NCBI GenBank assembly: GCA_012295275.1
Contig: CM022667.1
Span: 15,934,001-15,998,000, forward strand
Length of the DNA: 64,000 bases
Direction of reading: 5' to 3'
Source: Chrysomallon squamiferum
Taxonomy: Eukaryota > Animalia > Mollusca
The notes beneath the pieces were generated by a model that was given only the letters and a program-made list of their open reading frames with translations, had not been told where the DNA came from and searched no databases. Of this stretch, positions 46,986 to 64,000 are shown piece after piece. Both the position numbers and the translations under genes were made by a program. Position 1 is the stretch's first letter; each line of letters starts with the position of its first letter.

Positions 46986-48581
46986 AGAAAAGAATAAATG
47001 AATGAATGAATGAATGTTTAATGGTACCCCAGCACAAAGAAAAGAATAAATCTCATTTTCCTAAGCAAAATAAAATAACAATCCATATTTAATTATATGA
47101 ATTAACAAAAATCTGTTTTATCAAAAACTAACAAAAAAAAGAAAGGTATATAAAAATATACATGTTTTCCTTACCTTTCAAGGCTCTGCAAACATGAGCT
47201 ATATTTTTCTGCTTTTCTGACATACTCTTCTTGTTTCAAAAGCTGAATTAGAATAATTTTTATATGGCATGACTAACAGAAATGTTTAATGGCTTTTTCA
47301 TACCAAACAGATGGAGACTACACACACAAACACACACACACGCATATGTGCTCACACTAAATTATATATTCATCTTACTTTCTCACGGATATGTGAAGTA
47401 AGCCTTTTTCTGTGGTTTTTCTGAAAATCAAAAACCTGAAAAAAGCAAATCATATTATCTGTTTAAATTATCATAAAAGCATAATAAAGGACATATACAT
47501 GTCTTTTTATTTACAGTCATAAAAAATATATTAATTTGATTCTTAATAGATGACAAAAAGAAATTTTAAACATTATTTAGCATAAATTTTAAAGATTTTG
47601 TTGTTACTTCCAAACTATTTAATTTCAAATAACTGTTATGCATGTAATCACTAACATTATTTGAAAATATATTTATTATATGGTAAAAAAAAATATATAC
47701 CAAGCAGGTAAATATATTTGTAACTAGTAATGAAAAAGATTAAATAATAAAAATGTCACCTGTATTATTTGTTTCTGATACTTTCTTAAAAGATCCATTG
47801 GATCAGTGAAAAACACTTCAACATCTGGTTTCAGCTGAAATACACATTTCAGTAAATTTTGTCCCAGGTTTAGAATAAGACTTTTTTGTTTTATATATAA
47901 TTCTATAATAAATTATGTAAACAGCAAAGTGTTTAACAAAATATTAATAATAAAATAATAATTGAATATAAAGGAAAATAAATGAAGGAAAATAAATGAT
48001 ATCAGTTCTGTCAAACCAAAGAATGAAAGATGTAAAATTTAGTGATTAATCAGGAATATTTGATAGTTAATATAATTTAGGTTAATAAGTTACAGACCTT
48101 GCCTGTCAGTGGAATAGTTGAACATTTGGCACCACACATTCTGCATTTCTCTTTAGTTCCTACAATAACCATTGTCATTTGTTACAATTTTTGCACATGA
48201 GTAAATAAATAAATACTATAAAAGGTACAGATATGAGTTCTTGAAATCATTTCACTTTCAGAACTGAACTAAAACTATGTTAATTTGTTCTTTAGCACAT
48301 TACTGTTTGTCAACAGTTTTATCATTTCTTAAATGTATGCGTTCACATGTTCATTCTGGTCAATAAATCGAAATAAATTAGTTAAATAATAACTCGATTT
48401 AAATTATAAACTTTTTAACATCGATAAGTTGGAAGAGGCCATATTTTAATTACTACTAAATTCTTATCGACACACCTGATTCCAAACAATCTGCACAATA
48501 CATGTGACCACAGCTTGTGAGAAAAAACTTCAGGCCATTTCCAGGTTGCAAGAAACACTGGTTACAATGAAGCCAGTCCAT
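43763..48581 (-). CDS. RNF212: RNF212/RNF212B (Zip3-family) RING E3 ligase, meiotic crossover factor (~248 aa)
   Basis: 13 exons: 48581-48476, 48159-48098, 47834-47760, 47435-47379, 47242-47175, 46926-46869, 46614-46595, 46070-46027, 45739-45685, 45388-45370, 44915-44843, 44193-44145, 43823-43763; 747 nt with open frame. N-terminal [30 protein letters not shown], coiled coil with FQKNHRKRL, and a Ser/Pro tail with [15 protein letters not shown] cannot tell RNF212 from RNF212B by eye. Confidence 0.9.
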
Positions 48582-49315
48582 GAAGAATTCCGTACTTCCG
48601 TTTTAATCAAATACCAAAGCAGACGATAAAAATTATAATTGGCGCCATTTAAATCTTTTAAAAATATTTTGAAGTTGTCTCCCTTCCAGAGTTATTGTAC
48701 TCGCTCGATGTCATTGACAAAACAAAAATAAACCAAAAAAACACAGCTTTACTACGCATAGCCTAATTATTGATAAATAATAATCATAATAATAATTATT
48801 ATTATTATATTTTAAATTTGGCTTTGTAATGCACAATTTGCTTTATAATATATATAAAAAAAATAAAAAAATAAAAAATAAAACATATTTCTGAAAACAT
48901 AATAAAAAAACATTTTTATTTTTTTATTTTATTTTGAGTCTCAATCCTGATCCTACTTTGCCAACCAAAAAATATATGTTTGTTAATTATTAAATACTTT
49001 GCTTGCATTCTCTCTCAGATTATATATAAATAATTGATATTTAAAGATTTGCAATTTTTTTTTTTCAATCATTATTCATTTACATTTGTTATTAATTTAC
49101 CTCGTTGAATCTAAAGGGCAAAAATACTTTGCAAAAAACATTAGTTATTATTACTTAAACGTATTTAGAATATTAAAATATGCAGAGCTTCTGTATTTAT
49201 TCTGTTATCAAACATTTCTTGATATCAAACACATGAACATACGCAAATATCAGAACAACACAAATGAACAAATAACAGTTCTTTTTATTCAGAAAATTGC
49301 ACATAACATATTTGG

Positions 49316-64000
<14,685 letters not shown>

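Overview
AT-rich, microsatellite-dense animal genomic DNA; the style suggests a mollusc, probably a gastropod, but that is inference. I assembled six intron-rich genes by hand from splice sites and reading frame: two tandem GTP-dependent PEPCK paralogues (+), PRMT7 (-), an RNF212/Zip3-family meiotic RING gene (-), DPM1 (-), and NSMAF/FAN (+, running off the window end). The ORF track misses the RNF212 gene entirely and recovers only the last DPM1 exon. The main finding is PEPCK-A, which appears to have two alternative first coding exons in frame with one shared exon 2. One encodes a mitochondrial-presequence-like N-terminus behind a TATA-less promoter with CRE, NRF1-like and ETS motifs. The other encodes a Pro-rich, non-targeting N-terminus behind a promoter with TATA, an HNF4-type DR1 and Fox sites. 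The same upstream region holds four copies of a composite element, CAGCTG..CCAAT-N18-CACACC, with invariant CCAAT-CACACC spacing. Other points: a possible dual-start PRMT7, a recurrent RGGGARAYAAYT motif near gene starts, a GC-AG intron, microexons and a bidirectional promoter.
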